Assembly: GCA_000830275.1 (NCBI GenBank)
Contig: CP010424.1
Coordinates: 1,209,429-1,241,428 of the forward strand
Direction of reading: 5' to 3'
Length of the DNA stretch: 32,000 nucleotides
From: an archaeon GW2011_AR10
Lineage (GTDB): Archaea > Iainarchaeota > Iainarchaeia > Iainarchaeales > GW2011-AR10
A program made the position numbers and the translations under genes. Below are positions 14,017 to 22,532 of this stretch, piece by piece (position 1 is the first letter of the stretch; every line of letters begins with the position of its first letter). Below the pieces are notes generated by a model. The model did no database searches, was not told the DNA's origin, and saw nothing but the letters and a program-made list of their open reading frames with translations.

Positions 14017-14574
14017 ATGGATTTATTGCAGTTCACTGATTTTGGAAAAATAGCAGCAATAGCAAATGATTTGGGTATTAATGAAATTGTTATTGCAAAG
14101 GATTTCTCCGAAAAAGAATTAGAGGAATTGAAAAAAGAGATTCCAAAACAGAAGTTAAAGTTTTTTACTTGCAAGGTTTTGGAGAAAACTGATGCAAAAG
14201 CGCTGAAAAGATTCAGGGGAAAAGCGGATTTTGTTGCGGTAAAAGGAAGCACGGTTCAGCTCAACAAGTTTGCTGTTGCATCAAAAGTTGATTTTCTCCT
14301 CCAGCCCATTGATTCAGGAAAGCTGCGCTTTGACACCGCAATTGCAAGGGTTGCAATGCAGAACAATGTGCGGGTCTGCTTTTTGTTCAGCGAGTTTCTT
14401 GAAGCGAAGCCGTTCCAGAGAGCGCTGATGCTGAAAAACGCTTTCATGGTTTCAAAGCTTGCGAGAAAATTCGGCTGCTCTCTGCAGGTTTTTTCAGGCG
14501 CAACAAGCGAGTGGGAAATGCGCCATGAAAGGGGGTTGCAGAATTTTCTCAAGAGTCTGGAGGAAAAGAAATGA
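14017..14574 (+). CDS. rnp3: RNase P protein component 3 (Rpp30 homologue)
   Basis: The sequence pattern fits the Rpp30 family (VDFLLQP.., DTAIARVAMQNNVRVCFLFSEF, LQVFSGATSEWEMR). Its position just before Pop5 and psmA is typical. Confidence 0.75.
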   Translation: MDLLQFTDFGKIAAIANDLGINEIVIAKDFSEKELEELKKEIPKQKLKFFTCKVLEKTDAKALKRFRGKADFVAVKGSTVQLNKFAVASKVDFLLQPIDSGKLRFDTAIARVAMQNNVRVCFLFSEFLEAKPFQRALMLKNAFMVSKLARKFGCSLQVFSGATSEWEMRHERGLQNFLKSLEEKK

Positions 14575-15104
14575 AACTGCCGAGCCGCGGGAAAGCAATC
14601 GGGATGCTGAAGGAACTTGGAATGCCTGACAACATTTTCAGGCACACAATGCAGGTGAACAAGATAGCTGTTTTCATTGCGGAAAAAATGAGGGGCGACG
14701 GGGTTAAGGTAAACGTTGACTTGGTTGACCGGGCATCGCTTTTGCATGACATTGACAAGCACTTGACTCTATCAAACGGAAGGCACGGCACTGAAGGCAA
14801 AAAAATGCTGGAAGAAAAAGGGTTACCTGAATTAGCGGAGTTCTGCGTAACGCACCTTTACACCCGCATACTCTCCTCCAGTTTTCCTTCACTTGAGCAC
14901 GAAATAGTTTACTATGCTGACAAGCGCGTGAACCACGACAAAATAGTTTCGCTTGACGAGCGCTTCAAGTACCTCAGGGAAAGGTACGGGAAAAAACCGG
15001 AAATACTGCGATGGTTCGATGAATGCGAGCCTGCCTGCAGGAAACTGGAGCGAAAACTTTTTGAAAAAGCAGGCATTTCTCCTTCATTGGAGGAATTAAA
15101 GTGA
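14571..15104 (+). CDS. HD/HDIG-domain metal-dependent phosphohydrolase
   Basis: H..(28)..HDIDK motif (FRHTMQV.., LLHDIDKH) and a later YYADKRV. The start overlaps the rnp3 stop (ATGA). Confidence 0.75.
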   Translation: MKLPSRGKAIGMLKELGMPDNIFRHTMQVNKIAVFIAEKMRGDGVKVNVDLVDRASLLHDIDKHLTLSNGRHGTEGKKMLEEKGLPELAEFCVTHLYTRILSSSFPSLEHEIVYYADKRVNHDKIVSLDERFKYLRERYGKKPEILRWFDECEPACRKLERKLFEKAGISPSLEELK

Positions 15105-15496
15105 AGGAAAAAAATTCTTTAAAGCCAGTGCCGCCAACCGCGAGAGGAAAAAAACGCTACATACAGTTCCGCTTAATCAGTGAAAAAAAGCTGGACGAGA
15201 AAATTGTTTCCTCTGCGTTGAACAGGCTTTTCCTGGAGTTTTTCGGCGAGCTTGGAGTGGCTGAGAGAAGGCTTTGGTTCATTGGTTTTTCACCTGCTTC
15301 ATGCAAAGGCACTGTCAGGTGCTCCCACACAGCAGTTGAAAGCGTTGAGGCAGCGCTAATGTTTTTGAAGGAAGTAAAGGAAAACAAGGTTATTCCAGTA
15401 ATTTTGAGGGTTTCAGGCAGCATCAAAAAACTGAAGCCTCAGTTGACAAGGCGTGCCATTTTCAATGCCACTGGCTCGTTTCACTCGCAAAACTGA
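15101..15496 (+). CDS. rnp2: RNase P protein component 2 (Pop5 homologue)
   Basis: KPVPPTARGKKRYIQFRLISE, LFLEFFGELGVA, GTVRCSH and RVSGSIKKLK match the Pop5/Rnp2 pattern. GTG start overlaps the upstream stop. Confidence 0.8.
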   Translation: MKEKNSLKPVPPTARGKKRYIQFRLISEKKLDEKIVSSALNRLFLEFFGELGVAERRLWFIGFSPASCKGTVRCSHTAVESVEAALMFLKEVKENKVIPVILRVSGSIKKLKPQLTRRAIFNATGSFHSQN

Positions 15497-15580
15497 AATA
15501 ACTGGTAAGGTTTCCGAGAAGGTTTATATAATTAACTATGATAAAATAATAGTAGTTGAGACAAGAAAAGGAGTTATTTA

Positions 15581-16303
15581 ATGTACCCGGTTTCTCAGAC
15601 AGCAGGCTACGATCGTGTAGCAACTATGTTCAGCCCTGATGGCAGGCTCTATCAGGTTGAGTACGCTAGCAAAATAGTCGGCCAAGGCACTCTTGGCATT
15701 GGCTTAAAGTATGCTGACGGCGTGATTTTTGGCGCTGACAAAAAGGTTCCAAGCAGGCTGATTTTGCCGGAAAGCATTGAGAAACTTTTTTTGATTGACA
15801 CTCACATTGCGGCTGTTTCAGCTGGTTTGGTTGGGGATGCAAGGAGGCTTGTGCAAATTGCGAGGCAGAAAGCGCAGGAAAACATACAGTACTATGATGA
15901 GTCAATTGGCGTTGAAACCTTGGTGAAAGAAATAGGCAGCATAAAGCAGGCCTTCACTCAGTACGGCGGCATGAGGCCTTTTGGAATTGCGTTTATTATT
16001 GGCGGAGTTGACTCTTCTGGCACTAGGCTGTTTGAAACAGAGCCTTCAGGTGCTTTAGCTGAATACCAGGCTGTTGCGATTGGCCAGAACAAGAACAAGG
16101 CAATGGAGTTGTTTGAAAAGCAGTACAGGGAGGGAATGTCATTAGATGGGGCTGTGGCTTTGGGCCTTAAAGCAATAAAGGCTGGCCTTGAAGGAAAACA
16201 GAGGCTCGACCCAAAAAGTATTGAGTTCGCTTACATTGACTCTTCTAGAAAGTTCAAGAGGGTTCCGGGCGATAAAATAAAGTCGTTCCTGAGCAGTATT
16301 TGA
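15581..16303 (+). CDS. psmA: Proteasome subunit alpha
   Basis: YDRVATMFSPDGRLYQVEYA N-terminal signature. AAAGGAG lies upstream and a TTTATATAA box at ~15526. Confidence 0.95.
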   Translation: MYPVSQTAGYDRVATMFSPDGRLYQVEYASKIVGQGTLGIGLKYADGVIFGADKKVPSRLILPESIEKLFLIDTHIAAVSAGLVGDARRLVQIARQKAQENIQYYDESIGVETLVKEIGSIKQAFTQYGGMRPFGIAFIIGGVDSSGTRLFETEPSGALAEYQAVAIGQNKNKAMELFEKQYREGMSLDGAVALGLKAIKAGLEGKQRLDPKSIEFAYIDSSRKFKRVPGDKIKSFLSSI

Positions 16304-16334
16304 TGCTTTTGATGGCTGTTTTAGAGGCATTTGA

Positions 16335-17036
16335 ATGGTTAAATTAGAGGACGCGGTTATAGCGCGCTTTGAAAAGCAGGGAGAAAAGTTTGAAATGCTC
16401 GTTGACCCATACTTGGCCATGGACTTGAAGAACGGAAAGGAAGTTAACTTTGACGAGCTGCTTGCAGTTGACACGGTTTTCAAGGACGCAAAGAAAGGCG
16501 AAGAGAAAAAAGAGGAACAGGTTAAAGCAGCATTCGGTTCAACCGATGTAAAAACTGTGGCAAGAAAGATTATTGGGCAAGGTGAAGTGCAGCTTACAAC
16601 GCAGCAGCGCAGAGAAATTGCGGAGAAAAAAAGGAGGGAGCTGATAAACTTCATTGCAAGGAATGCAATCAACCCGCAAACTAATGGCCCTCACCCTGTT
16701 AGCAGGATAGAGAATGCAATTGAGGAAGCCAAGGTAAGCATTGACTTGAACAGGGGAATTGCGGAGCAGGCCCCGATTGTTTTAAAGGCAATAAAGAGGC
16801 TTATCCCGATTTCAATGGATAAGCTCAGGCTTGCAGTAAAAGTGCCGGCTGCTTATGCTGCGAGGGCTTCAGGGATACTGCACAAGTACGAGCTGATGAA
16901 GGAAGAGTGGCAGACTGATGGAAGCATTGTTGCAGTGCTGGAAGTGCCTGCAGGAATCAAGCAGGAGTTGTTCAGTGAATTGAATTCTTTAACGCACGGA
17001 AACTTTGAGTCAAAGATTTTGGAGGAGACCAAGTAA
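16335..17036 (+). CDS. SBDS-family ribosome maturation protein
   Basis: N-terminal FYSH-like region (VIARFEKQGEKFEMLVDP..FKDAKKGE) plus a C-terminal domain. The position between psmA and rrp4 is canonical. Confidence 0.88.
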   Translation: MVKLEDAVIARFEKQGEKFEMLVDPYLAMDLKNGKEVNFDELLAVDTVFKDAKKGEEKKEEQVKAAFGSTDVKTVARKIIGQGEVQLTTQQRREIAEKKRRELINFIARNAINPQTNGPHPVSRIENAIEEAKVSIDLNRGIAEQAPIVLKAIKRLIPISMDKLRLAVKVPAAYAARASGILHKYELMKEEWQTDGSIVAVLEVPAGIKQELFSELNSLTHGNFESKILEETK

Positions 17037-17656
17037 TGCGAAAAATAGTTGTTCCAGGAGAGCTTGTAACTGAGGAAAGAAAGAGGCTTGGGAGAAACGT
17101 TTACCTTCGTGATGGCAAAATTTTCTCTGAGGTAATTGGATTAGCAGTTGAAGATGAAACGACTGCTTCGGTTGTGGCGCTTGAAGGGCGCTACATGCCT
17201 GAAAAAGGTGACATTGTAGTGGGAATTGTTGTAGGCGAAAAGTTTGCCGGCTACGACATTGACTTGAAATACTTTTACAAGGCTTTTGTTTCAAAAAAGG
17301 AGTTCATGGATTCCCTGAAAAACCATTCCGTTGTTTCAGCGAGGGTTGATAAAGTGAACGAAGTAAACGAAATTGAGTTAAGCAATGTAAGGGTTTTTTA
17401 TGGCGGCATTGTTATTGGGGTTTCGCCTGTTAAAGTGCCGAGGATAATCGGGAAGGACAGCTCAATGCTGGAAGTCCTAAAGAAGGGCACGAATTCAACT
17501 CTTGTGGTGGGAAAGAATGGGTTGATTTGGGCTAAAACGGATAACTTGGCGCTGCTCGAGAAGGCGCTTGAAAAAATCCAGAGGGAATCCCACCTTGAAA
17601 ACTTAACCAACAGAATATCTGAGTTTTTGGATAAAAACAAGAAAGAGGCGAAGTGA
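17036..17656 (+). CDS. rrp4: Exosome RNA-binding subunit Rrp4 (S1 + KH)
   Basis: VVPGELV.., S1 region GDIVVGIVVGEKFAGYDIDL and KH region RIIGKDSSMLEVLKKGTNSTLVVGKNGLIWAK. Confidence 0.9.
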   Translation: MRKIVVPGELVTEERKRLGRNVYLRDGKIFSEVIGLAVEDETTASVVALEGRYMPEKGDIVVGIVVGEKFAGYDIDLKYFYKAFVSKKEFMDSLKNHSVVSARVDKVNEVNEIELSNVRVFYGGIVIGVSPVKVPRIIGKDSSMLEVLKKGTNSTLVVGKNGLIWAKTDNLALLEKALEKIQRESHLENLTNRISEFLDKNKKEAK

Positions 17657-18403
17657 ATGGCTAAAAGCGAGAAAAAAGTTGTGTACGTGGATTCTAAAGG
17701 GAAAAGGCTTGACGGGAGAAAGGTTGACGAAATGAGGCCAATCAAGATAACCACTGGGGTTTTGGACAGGGCAGATGGTTCCGCATTAATTGAGTGGGGC
17801 CAGAACAAGGTTTTTGCGGCAGTGTACGGCCCAAAGGAGGCTCTTCCAAGGCATATTGCTAACCCTTACAAGGCAGTGATTAGGTACAATTACAGGATGG
17901 CAACATTTTCTGTTCCGGACAGAAAGAACCCGAAGCCGGGAAGAAGGGAAATTGAGATAAGCAAGGTTTCAGCTGAAGCGCTTGAAGCGGTTGTGCTTAC
18001 CGAGAGGTATCCTAATACTGCAATAGATGTTGACGTTGAAGTAGTTGACTCTAATGCCGGCACAAGGGTTGCTGCTTTGACTGCTGCAGCAGTTGCAGTA
18101 GCTGATGCAGGGATCGCATTAAAGGATTTGATTGCTGGCGTAAGCATTGGCAAAGCAGGAGGAAACCTGCTCGTTGACCTTAACAAGGATGAAGAGGACG
18201 CAGAGGACGCTGTTGACATTCCTATCGCAATCATGCCGGGGTCAGAGCAAATAGTGTTGCTGCAGCTTGACGGCTTGCTCTCCAAAAAGGAGTGGAGTGA
18301 CGCGCTTAAAATGGGTCTTGAGGCCTGCAAGAAAGTCAACGAACTCCAGAGAGCGGCATTGAAGGAAAAATTTGGGAGAAAAGAGGAGAAGGTGAGCGAA
18401 TGA
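17657..18403 (+). CDS. rrp41: Exosome catalytic subunit Rrp41 (RNase PH-like)
   Basis: RLDGRKVDEMRPIKITTGVLDRADGSALIEWGQNKVFAAVYGPKE, plus the later TRVAALTAAAVAVADAG. Confidence 0.93.
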   Translation: MAKSEKKVVYVDSKGKRLDGRKVDEMRPIKITTGVLDRADGSALIEWGQNKVFAAVYGPKEALPRHIANPYKAVIRYNYRMATFSVPDRKNPKPGRREIEISKVSAEALEAVVLTERYPNTAIDVDVEVVDSNAGTRVAALTAAAVAVADAGIALKDLIAGVSIGKAGGNLLVDLNKDEEDAEDAVDIPIAIMPGSEQIVLLQLDGLLSKKEWSDALKMGLEACKKVNELQRAALKEKFGRKEEKVSE

Positions 18404-19179
18404 GTGAACTGTTAAGAGTGCTGAGAAGCGAGAAGCTTTTCGCTGAATTGAAGGAAGGCAAAAGGTCTGACGGAAGAAAACTTGACGAGTACAGGGCAGT
18501 TGAGATAACAAAGGACATAAGCAAGAATGCAAACTCTTCTGTTAGGGTTAGGCTTGGGAAAACTGATGTGCTGTGCGGTTTCACTTTTATTTTAGGGGAA
18601 CCATACCCTGACATGCCGAATGAGGGAAGCATTTCTGTTACTGCTGAACTGCTTTCATTGGCTGCACCAAACTTTGAGGCAGGCCCTCCAAGGGAAGATG
18701 CTGTTGAGCTGGCAAGAGTTGTTGACAGGGGCATTCGTGAAAGCAAGACCCTTAACTTTGAGGAATTCTGCATTAAGGGAGGAGAAAAAGTGTTAATTGG
18801 TTTCATTGACCTCTATGTCTTAAACTTTGATGGAAACGCTTTTGATGCCTGCGGCATTGGAGCAATTTCTTCTTTGCTTGGGGCAAAGTTCCCGAAAATT
18901 GAGGACGACAAAATAGTGAAAGGAGAGTATGCTGGAAAATTGAAGGTAAGCAGGAAGCCAATCCTTTCTACAACCGCTAAGGTCTCAGGCGTTCTGGTTA
19001 CGGATCCGGCACTAGAAGAAGAGGAATCATCTTCTGCAAGGTTCTCGGTTGCAGTAACAGAAGATGACTACATTTGCGCTTTCCAGAAGGGGGGCCTGGG
19101 AGCAATGACCACTAAGGAAGTTGACGAGTGCATTGACAGGGCTTTCAAGAATTCAAAGCAATTGAGAAAGCTGCTTTAA
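18400..19179 (+). CDS. rrp42: Exosome subunit Rrp42 (RNase PH-like, non-catalytic)
   Basis: KRSDGRKLDEYRAVEI..NSSVRVRLGKTDVLCG.. pattern. The start overlaps the rrp41 stop. Confidence 0.9.
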   Translation: MSELLRVLRSEKLFAELKEGKRSDGRKLDEYRAVEITKDISKNANSSVRVRLGKTDVLCGFTFILGEPYPDMPNEGSISVTAELLSLAAPNFEAGPPREDAVELARVVDRGIRESKTLNFEEFCIKGGEKVLIGFIDLYVLNFDGNAFDACGIGAISSLLGAKFPKIEDDKIVKGEYAGKLKVSRKPILSTTAKVSGVLVTDPALEEEESSSARFSVAVTEDDYICAFQKGGLGAMTTKEVDECIDRAFKNSKQLRKLL

Positions 19180-19191
19180 GGTGAATTGCTA

Positions 19192-19617
19192 ATGGGCAAA
19201 ACAGAGAAAATATACAACACTGGCGGCTTTGGAACAAGGTACGGTGTTGGCATCAGGAAGATGTTCCTGAAAGTTGAGCAAAAGCAGAGGCAAAAACAGG
19301 AGTGCCCCAGTTGCGGCTTTAATACTGCCAAGAGGGAAAGCAAGGGCATCTTTTGCTGCAAGAAATGCGGTGCAAGGTTTGCTGGTGGCGCGTACCTTGC
19401 TGAAACGCTCAGTGGCGGCATTATAAAAAAAATGGTTGGCCAGAAAAAATTCGCTTCTTATTTGAGTGAACTCGTTGAGTCAAAGGAAAAGAAAGAGGAA
19501 GCAGAGAAAAAGCCTGCAGAAGAAGAAACGAGGACGGCTGAAAAAAAAGAGCCTTCCCGGGAAGCTGACAAAAAGGAAACCAAGCAAAAGAAGACTAGCA
19601 GGAAGGAGGAAAAATAA
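19192..19617 (+). CDS. rpl37ae: 50S ribosomal protein L37Ae (L43e) with a ~50-aa K/E-rich C-terminal extension
   Basis: GFGTRYGVGIRK, CPSCG..KRESKGIFCCKKCGARFAGGAY zinc ribbon. The extension is KEKKEEAEKKPAEEETRTAEKKEPSREADKKETKQKKTSRKEEK. ATG 19192 is preferred over TTG 19186. Confidence 0.9.
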   Translation: MGKTEKIYNTGGFGTRYGVGIRKMFLKVEQKQRQKQECPSCGFNTAKRESKGIFCCKKCGARFAGGAYLAETLSGGIIKKMVGQKKFASYLSELVESKEKKEEAEKKPAEEETRTAEKKEPSREADKKETKQKKTSRKEEK

Positions 19618-19749
19618 ATGTACAAGTGCACTAAGTGCGGGCACCAGTTTGACAAATTAATGGAGGGCGTCATAAGGTGCCAGAGCTGCGCCCACAAAAT
19701 ACTGACAAGGATAAGGGACCCAATCACAAAGGAAGTGAAGGCAAGATAA
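19618..19749 (+). CDS. rpoP: DNA-directed RNA polymerase subunit P (Rpo12), 43 aa, not in the ORF track
   Basis: MYKCTKCGHQFDKLMEGVIRCQSCAHKILTRIRDPITKEVKAR, with CxxC..CxxC. The ATG follows directly after the rpl37ae TAA, and this position is canonical. Confidence 0.85.
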   Translation: MYKCTKCGHQFDKLMEGVIRCQSCAHKILTRIRDPITKEVKAR

Positions 19750-20003
19750 TGCCAGAGTACTCTGCTGAAATCAGGATATTTTTTTCAAGCGAAGAGGAAG
19801 CAGAAATTGCTTTGAAAGCGGTTTCACTTGAGCTTGGCCAAGAATTTGAAAGAAACTCTAAGAGTTCAGCAGGAGTTGAAGGCAGCAGTGTTTTGCTTAA
19901 AGTGGTTGCCGAAAACGCCACTGCATTGAAGGCTTCAGTTAACTCTTACCTTAAACTGATAGGCTTGACCTATGACATTTTGGGAGGAAACAGTTATGGC
20001 TAA
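19749..20003 (+). CDS. pcc1: KEOPS subunit Pcc1-like protein
   Basis: ATG overlaps the rpoP stop (TAATG). AEIRIFFSSEEEAEIALKAVSLE...LLKVVAENATALKASVNSYLKLI matches the Pcc1 pattern. The track ORF start 19677 lies inside rpoP. Confidence 0.75.
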   Translation: MPEYSAEIRIFFSSEEEAEIALKAVSLELGQEFERNSKSSAGVEGSSVLLKVVAENATALKASVNSYLKLIGLTYDILGGNSYG

Positions 20004-20364
20004 TATTCAGGAATCAATAATGGAGTTTGAGAAAGCAAGAAACCAGCTTCTCAGCATTTCAGCTCAAAAACAGCAGCTTCAGCTGCAGTCAGAGGCCTTG
20101 GGGCAAGCATTGGATGAGCTGAAGGATTCAAAAGAAGAAAAAGTGTTCAAGGCAGTCGGCAACATCCTTATCCTGAAGGATGCAAAGGAAGTTAAGAAGG
20201 AAGTGGATGAGCAAAAGGAAACCGTTGATTTGAGGTTTAAGACAGTTCAAAAACAGGAAGACGCGCTCATTGACAAAATGAACAAACTGAAAAACGAGAT
20301 AGAGAAAGCGCAGAAGAGCGCTAGTGCATCAGCTGGCTCAGGCAAGCAATCCAAGTCATCTTAA
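19996..20364 (+). CDS. pfdB: Prefoldin subunit beta
   Basis: Coiled-coil/beta-hairpin/coiled-coil layout (QQLQLQSEALGQALDELK..VFKAVGNILILKD..VDLRFKTVQKQEDAL). ATG 19996 overlaps the pcc1 end by 8 nt. Confidence 0.85.
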   Translation: MANIQESIMEFEKARNQLLSISAQKQQLQLQSEALGQALDELKDSKEEKVFKAVGNILILKDAKEVKKEVDEQKETVDLRFKTVQKQEDALIDKMNKLKNEIEKAQKSASASAGSGKQSKSS

Positions 20365-20373
20365 AGTGAGTGA

Positions 20374-21381
20374 ATGAGCTTTCCCTCTTTTTCTTTTCTT
20401 GAAAAAAAGAAGGTATTGTTTTTAACCCATGCGGGAGCAGACATTGACAGCCTTGCTTCTGCTGCTGCCTGCTTTTTTTCGCTGAAGGACAACTCCAAGG
20501 CAAAAATCGGCGTGCCTGACCATATCAATGTTTACGCAAAGCATTTTGCCGAACAGCTGAAAATCCCTTACTTTTTTAACCCGGAAAGTTTGTCTGGTTT
20601 TGAAGTAATAGTTTTGCTTGACTTCAACAACTCTGGAATGCTTGGAAGTTTTGAAGAGCAACTTTCCGGTTTCAGTGGAAAACTGCTGTTGGTTGACCAC
20701 CACGGAAAGCGTGGAGCAAACCTATTAAAAAAAGCAGGCTGCTTCTGGGATGAGAGCGCTGTTTCCACAACAGAGCTAGTCTTTAAGTGGCTTAACTCTT
20801 CCGGTTACAAACTGAACAAAAAAGCAGCCTCATGCATTGCTGCAGGAGTTCTGGTGGATTCAGCTGGCTTCATGGTTGCTGACTCCAAAACGTTCAGGAT
20901 TATGGCTGAGGCAATGGATAAAAGCGGTTTGAATTACTTGGGGCTTGTCTCACTCGTGGAAAAACAGCCTGACATTGGAGAAAAAATTGCAAAGCTCAAG
21001 GCTGCAAGGCGGTGCAAAATATTCAAGTGCGACAAATACCTTATTGCTTCAACCGATGTCGGGGCATTTGAAGCGGTTTCTGCTTCAGCACTTGTGGGGT
21101 TGGGAGCAGACATTGCTTTTGCTGGGGATGACAAAAAAAATGAGCTGCTTGTAAGCGGCAGATGCCACAACACTTTTGTGAGCGAAACAGGCTTTAACTT
21201 GGCACAGCATGTTTTCGCACATTTAGAGAAAAAGTTTGAAGGAAGCAGTGGCGGTCATGCTGGCGCAGCAGCTTTCAACGGCAAAGGAAATGCGCAGGAA
21301 GCGCTTAAGGAATGCGTTTCGTTAGCGCACAAGTTCATTCAGAAAAACCTTAAAAAGCTGGTTCCGTTAAAAGAGTACTAG
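20374..21381 (+). CDS. DHH/DHHA1-family phosphoesterase (NrnA/RecJ-like)
   Basis: Motifs THAGADIDSLAS, LLDFN, LVDHH and, in DHHA1, SSGGHAGAAAF. Confidence 0.82.
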   Translation: MSFPSFSFLEKKKVLFLTHAGADIDSLASAAACFFSLKDNSKAKIGVPDHINVYAKHFAEQLKIPYFFNPESLSGFEVIVLLDFNNSGMLGSFEEQLSGFSGKLLLVDHHGKRGANLLKKAGCFWDESAVSTTELVFKWLNSSGYKLNKKAASCIAAGVLVDSAGFMVADSKTFRIMAEAMDKSGLNYLGLVSLVEKQPDIGEKIAKLKAARRCKIFKCDKYLIASTDVGAFEAVSASALVGLGADIAFAGDDKKNELLVSGRCHNTFVSETGFNLAQHVFAHLEKKFEGSSGGHAGAAAFNGKGNAQEALKECVSLAHKFIQKNLKKLVPLKEY

Positions 21382-21662
21382 TGTTTTTTCTTTTTGCCGG
21401 TTTTCCGTTTTCTTGCCTTTGAGGCCTTGGTTTTCTTGAAATGGGGCTTTCTTTTTGGCCTAAAACCTTTTGATGGTTTTTTCTTCTGCTTTGCTGGCTC
21501 TTTTTTTTCAGGCACTGGTTCAGCTGGCTTGAAGGGCCTAGCATAGCGCCGGTACTTGCTTTTAGCCCAGTGCTCTGGCTGCTTTTTTCTGAGCTTGAGT
21601 TCTTCCGCTAAAAGTTTTTTTCTCAGCTCCTCGCTGGGGGGCATTAAACCAGTAAAAACCAT
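21378..21662 (-). CDS. Highly basic lysine-rich small protein (94 aa), unknown function
   Basis: Convergent with the DHH gene. The C-terminal half is almost entirely K/R/P (KKKPSKGFRPKRKPHFKKTKASKARKRKTGKKKKH). No family recognised. Confidence 0.5.
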   Translation of the reverse strand: MVFTGLMPPSEELRKKLLAEELKLRKKQPEHWAKSKYRRYARPFKPAEPVPEKKEPAKQKKKPSKGFRPKRKPHFKKTKASKARKRKTGKKKKH

Positions 21663-21713
21663 GAATTTATAGTAAGGTTTTCTAGTATTTAAACCAATTG
21701 GTGCAATAAGCTT

Positions 21714-21790
21714 TGCTTTTAAATTGCGTTCTGCTCTTAAATTCTGAAAGTTGCTCCTAAATTAGTTAGTATCAGTGCTGCACCTAAATT
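21714..21790. promoter_or_regulatory. Four direct repeats TGC(T/A)YYTAAATT upstream of the basic-protein gene
   Basis: TGCTTTTAAATT 21714, TGCTCTTAAATT 21732, TGCTCCTAAATT 21752, TGCACCTAAATT 21779. Spacing is 18, 20 and 27 nt, and the repeats lie 52-128 nt upstream of start 21662. Confidence 0.6.
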
Positions 21791-21864
21791 ATTGGTGTTC
21801 TAACTTCTCGGTACAGCGGAAAGCTAAAGGAATGGGCGGAACAATGGAAGATTGTTACATAACA

Positions 21865-22371
21865 CTATTTTTCCTGCCGCCGTTTAATGCTATCCTGTAA
21901 GGCCCTGAACGAAGAATGAACCGGATTAACAACAGTAAATACGCCCGGCTCCACCTTAAAAAGAACAGAATAGGTACTCTCTTTTGGGCCTTTAAAACCA
22001 ATTATTGCCACGCAACGAAAAGCACCCTCGCTTTCTCTTTTTAATGTGCCACCAGCCCTAGTAAGACTCCCCCTCTCAATTATATGCCCAGCAATATCAA
22101 GCGCCCTTTCTCCAAGTTTAATTGTTGCTGACTCACCCACTACGTATTCTTTATGTACGTTATTCCAGATAATATCCGGTTCTTTGCCTTCGTGACTGCT
22201 TAAAACTTTAGCACTTACTATTTTTCCTTCCTTAAGAAGTCTGGCAATTGTTTCGGGATTTGGGACTTTCCTAAACTGAACATGCGTTCTTGGTAGTGGT
22301 TTTCCAAAGTTAAAAGTATAGATTGGCGGCCTCTTTTTTTGAGCCCCGCTTGTTACTCTTCTTTTAGGCAT
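21865..22371 (-). CDS. Hypothetical protein (168 aa)
   Basis: Clean ORF with a balanced amino-acid composition. A TATA-like box lies ~22-30 nt upstream of the ATG. No family recognised. Confidence 0.55.
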   Translation of the reverse strand: MPKRRVTSGAQKKRPPIYTFNFGKPLPRTHVQFRKVPNPETIARLLKEGKIVSAKVLSSHEGKEPDIIWNNVHKEYVVGESATIKLGERALDIAGHIIERGSLTRAGGTLKRESEGAFRCVAIIGFKGPKESTYSVLFKVEPGVFTVVNPVHSSFRALQDSIKRRQEK

Positions 22372-22392
22372 AAATAATAAATGATCTCGTAA

Positions 22393-22420
22393 TATATAAA
22401 GCTAACTATATAAAGCTAAC
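22393..22420. promoter_or_regulatory. Perfect tandem duplication of a 14-bp unit containing a TATA-like box
   Basis: TATATAAAGCTAAC occurs twice (22393-22406 and 22407-22420). On the minus strand it reads GTTAGCTTTATATA, 22 nt upstream of ATG 22371. Confidence 0.6.
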
Positions 22421-22532
22421 ACAGTTCGCTCCGTTCAACGAAAAGAAGGCGACAGAAACCTGCACCCAAATTAACCAACATGCGCCTTTATTCACCAAAA
22501 ATCAATGATTTAATTGCAAACCCGGTGCAATA

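Noticed and set aside
14256-18806. Several 130-176-aa minus-strand ORFs (14256-14762, 16142-16672, 17398-17808, 17890-18339, 18336-18806) inside the superoperon
   Set aside because: Each lies antisense to a confidently identified conserved gene and has a skewed S/F/C/L composition.
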